From contig JAUUVJ010000012.1 of NCBI GenBank assembly GCA_030589605.1, positions 1 through 18,612 on the forward strand: a DNA stretch of 18,612 nucleotides, given 5' to 3'. The notes under the pieces are model-generated. The model searched no databases. It was not told the DNA's origin and worked only from the letters and a program-made list of their open reading frames with translations. Position 1 is the stretch's first letter. Each line of letters opens with the position of its first letter. The position numbers and the translations under genes were made by a program. This document shows positions 17,097 to 18,612 of the stretch, piece by piece. This DNA comes from Candidatus Hodarchaeota archaeon (GTDB lineage: Archaea; Asgardarchaeota; Heimdallarchaeia; Hodarchaeales; Hodarchaeaceae).

Positions 17097-17195
17097 AAAA
17101 AAGCTTGATTCCTCTTCAAGTTTTTTTGCCCTAGCTTTTGCTTCTTCATTCCCTCTCAATAGAGAGATCATTAAATCACTATCCAAACAGATCAT
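17076..17195 (-). pseudogene. vapC: vapC (PIN-domain toxin) N-terminal remnant
   Basis: Minus-strand ATG at 17195 overlaps the end of vapB and reads MICLDSDLMISLLRGNEEAKARAKKLEEESSFFLEKVFK*. M.(L)D(S/T)..(L)I.LLRGNE.A...L is the typical VapC/PIN N-terminus with the first catalytic Asp. The frame closes after 39 codons, inside the terminator hairpin and the 3' end of the convergent gene. A full PIN domain is ~130 aa. Confidence 0.55.
17097..17127. terminator. A-tract / hairpin / T-tract structure (bidirectional terminator-like) between convergent genes
   Basis: aaaaaagcttga (17097-17108), a 7-nt loop, then tcaagttttttt (17116-17127), giving a 12-bp stem with one G-U pair. An A8 run lies on one side and a T7 run on the other. 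It begins right at the TAA of the GHKL gene. Confidence 0.5.
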
Positions 17196-17406
17196 TGAAT
17201 TGTCCCTCTAAATCATTTAAGGCCGTCTTCATCATTTCTAGTTCATCTGACGAGAGTTTCCATGTTCCAGCGAAACTTAGTAAAGATTTTCGTTTCATAG
17301 GACGTGTTAATCGTTTAACCACATCAGAAAACGACTCATTACCATTTTTTTCTTTTTTCAACCTTCGATATGCTTCATCATCTAAACTAATGTTTTTACT
17401 ACCCAA
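17179..17406 (-). CDS. vapB: VapB-type antitoxin (archaeal PF02697 / former DUF217 family)
   Basis: MGSKNISLDDEAYRRLKKEKNGNESFSDVVKRLT...KSLLSFAGTWK matches the family pattern tIslsDevYerLkklK..gESFSDvI.rL....k.l..faG.w. TTG start. Its 3' end overlaps the vapC remnant start. Confidence 0.75.
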   Translation of the reverse strand: MGSKNISLDDEAYRRLKKEKNGNESFSDVVKRLTRPMKRKSLLSFAGTWKLSSDELEMMKTALNDLEGQFNDLFG

Positions 17407-17648
17407 TTTGATTCACATATGCATATAAACACACAGAATATATATGGATTATCTTCTTTGAGTTAACCTAATTATAGATGAAACGAGCACATCCTAAAAA
17501 CCTAACGGAAGCAGATGAACTGAAAGCAAGAATTTTAATAGTTCTATTTACAAGAAGAAAATTCTAAAGGATCAAGGAAAGCTTTTTATTTTATTGAATA
17601 ATAAATGGTACTCACTCTATAATTTCATGAATGAGAACTATATAATAT

Positions 17649-17664
17649 TTGGTTGATCATCCAA
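17649..17664. promoter_or_regulatory. Imperfect 16-bp palindrome just downstream of a TATA-like element, upstream of the NYN gene
   Basis: ttggTtgatcaTccaa has 14 of 16 positions symmetric around tgatca. It abuts ctatataatattt (17638-17650) and lies about 45 nt upstream of the ATG at 17707, a position typical of archaeal repressor operators. Confidence 0.25.
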
Positions 17665-17706
17665 CTGGATTGAGATACACAATTTGTTAATTCTATTCAT
17701 GGAATT

Positions 17707-18612
17707 ATGGATACCCTTTTGGGAGAGACTACAATGGTCAAGGATTCTCTACATTTTGAAAGGCAAAATTTTCCTGCAAAGGCTGCAGTTGTGGTTGATG
17801 GAGGATATTGGAGAAAAATTATTGAAGAAATTGGAATTAGTTCAGTTGATTTGGTGTCTTTAACAGATTTTATTTGTTATCCTGCTTTTAGGATACGGAC
17901 ATATTTTTTTGATGGAAAAACCCAAGAATCGCAGTCTTTTCATGATGGACTCCAATTATTAGATCGATTTGAAGTCTATTTAGGAGAAGTAGTTCCGAGA
18001 ACCTTTTTTTGCCCTTCTTGTCAAGAAACAGTTCAAGTTCTAGCTCAAAAAAGAGTTGATGTGGCCCTTGCGGTCGAATTAGTCCATTTAGCTACCACAC
18101 AACAGATTGATCTCATTGTTCTTATCGCAGGGGATCGGGATTTTATTCCTGCTATAGAAACAGCAAAACATGCTGGTGCAATTTTACGCTTAATTCATGG
18201 ACATCCGAAAACAGTCTCAGATACTTTATTTAAGCTTGTTGATGAAAAAATGGAACTATCCGTGGATTTTTTCAAACAGAATAAGATCAATTATCAAAGA
18301 AAGGAAGCAATCAGTAAGGAGCTAAGGGAAAAGCAAGAAGAAGAGAAAATAAAGGAAGAAACGGAAATTGAAGCAATCACAACCATGATAGAATCAATAG
18401 TGGTTGATTTAATCTCAAAAACCTCAAAAAAATATGTTCCACTAAGTAGAATAGGAATAGAACTCAATAGAATTGAACCTAATTGGAAAGAGAAAACAAA
18501 AAAGAAGCATCTGAAAGATCTCATTGGAATGGTTGAAGAGAAATTTAAAATCAAGGTCCGGACGAAACACTATTATGATTCAACCACAAAGAAAGTCCCA
18601 ATTGTAAAGAAA
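17707..18612 (+). CDS. NYN-domain (LabA/limkain-b1 type) RNase-like protein with C-terminal OST-HTH/LOTUS-like domain (3' end beyond window)
   Basis: Not in the ORF track because it has no stop. Hand translation from ATG 17707 gives 302 sense codons to the window edge. AAVVVDGGYW...CPSCQETVQVLAQKRVDVALAVELVHLATTQQIDLIVLIAGDRDFIPAIETAKHAGAILRLI is the NYN signature (D at strand 1, QKgVDv, GDsDF.P). After a charged linker, ITTMIESIVVDLISKTSKKYVPLSRIGIELNRIEPNWKEKTKKKHLKDLIGMVEEKFKI resembles OST-HTH/LOTUS. Confidence 0.85.
   Translation, partial: MDTLLGETTMVKDSLHFERQNFPAKAAVVVDGGYWRKIIEEIGISSVDLVSLTDFICYPAFRIRTYFFDGKTQESQSFHDGLQLLDRFEVYLGEVVPRTFFCPSCQETVQVLAQKRVDVALAVELVHLATTQQIDLIVLIAGDRDFIPAIETAKHAGAILRLIHGHPKTVSDTLFKLVDEKMELSVDFFKQNKINYQRKEAISKELREKQEEEKIKEETEIEAITTMIESIVVDLISKTSKKYVPLSRIGIELNRIEPNWKEKTKKKHLKDLIGMVEEKFKIKVRTKHYYDSTTKKVPIVKK

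Noticed and set aside
16091-18554. Track ORFs 16091..16309(-), 17138..17428(+) and 18294..18554(-)
   Set aside because: They are antisense to the GHKL gene, to vapB and to the unlisted NYN-LOTUS ORF respectively. In each case the opposite-strand gene has clear family motifs.
1-18612. Search for CRISPR arrays, tRNA/rRNA genes, IS elements or transposases, long direct or terminal inverted repeats
   Set aside because: By eye I found no regularly spaced repeats, no GC-rich cloverleaf-like segments, no transposase or integrase motifs and no long duplicated stretches. A proper scan (tRNAscan-SE, Infernal, a self dot-plot) would be needed to exclude small elements.

Overview
The window is an AT-rich segment that looks archaeal. 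Evidence for this: oligo-T tracts after genes, a PGF-CTERM-type sorting tail, a PF02697-type VapB antitoxin, frequent TTG/GTG starts, and a large eukaryote-like small GTPase homologue. An Asgard/Lokiarchaeia-like origin is my inference only and was not tested. Left to right: (1) a fetA/fetB-like ABC exporter pair, with fetA cut by the window edge; (2) a cytoplasmic triple-PAS histidine kinase; (3) a zinc-ribbon polytopic membrane protein; (4) a B3/B4 (PheT-like) domain gene split by an in-frame TAA; (5) a PlsC-type acyltransferase; (6) an orphan family-5 solute-binding protein ending in a PGF-CTERM-like anchor; (7) a small XRE HTH regulator with an in-frame TAA where Gln is expected; (8) a 433-aa divergent Arf/G-alpha-like GTPase with an insertion before switch I and a ~200-aa tail; (9) two more PAS/GAF histidine kinases, one with a Cys-rich PAS module; (10) an accessory-looking right end with a small unknown ORF, a sacsin/Hsp90/MORC-like GHKL ATPase-domain protein, an intact vapB next to a decapitated vapC remnant, and a NYN + OST-HTH/LOTUS protein that runs off the window and is absent from the ORF track. 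I found no rRNA, tRNA, CRISPR array, transposase or long repeat. The best candidates for something undescribed are the atypical GTPase and the GHKL / vapB-vapC remnant / NYN-LOTUS cluster. The recurrent in-frame ochre codons also deserve a check. All homology calls rest on motif recognition by eye; no database search was possible.
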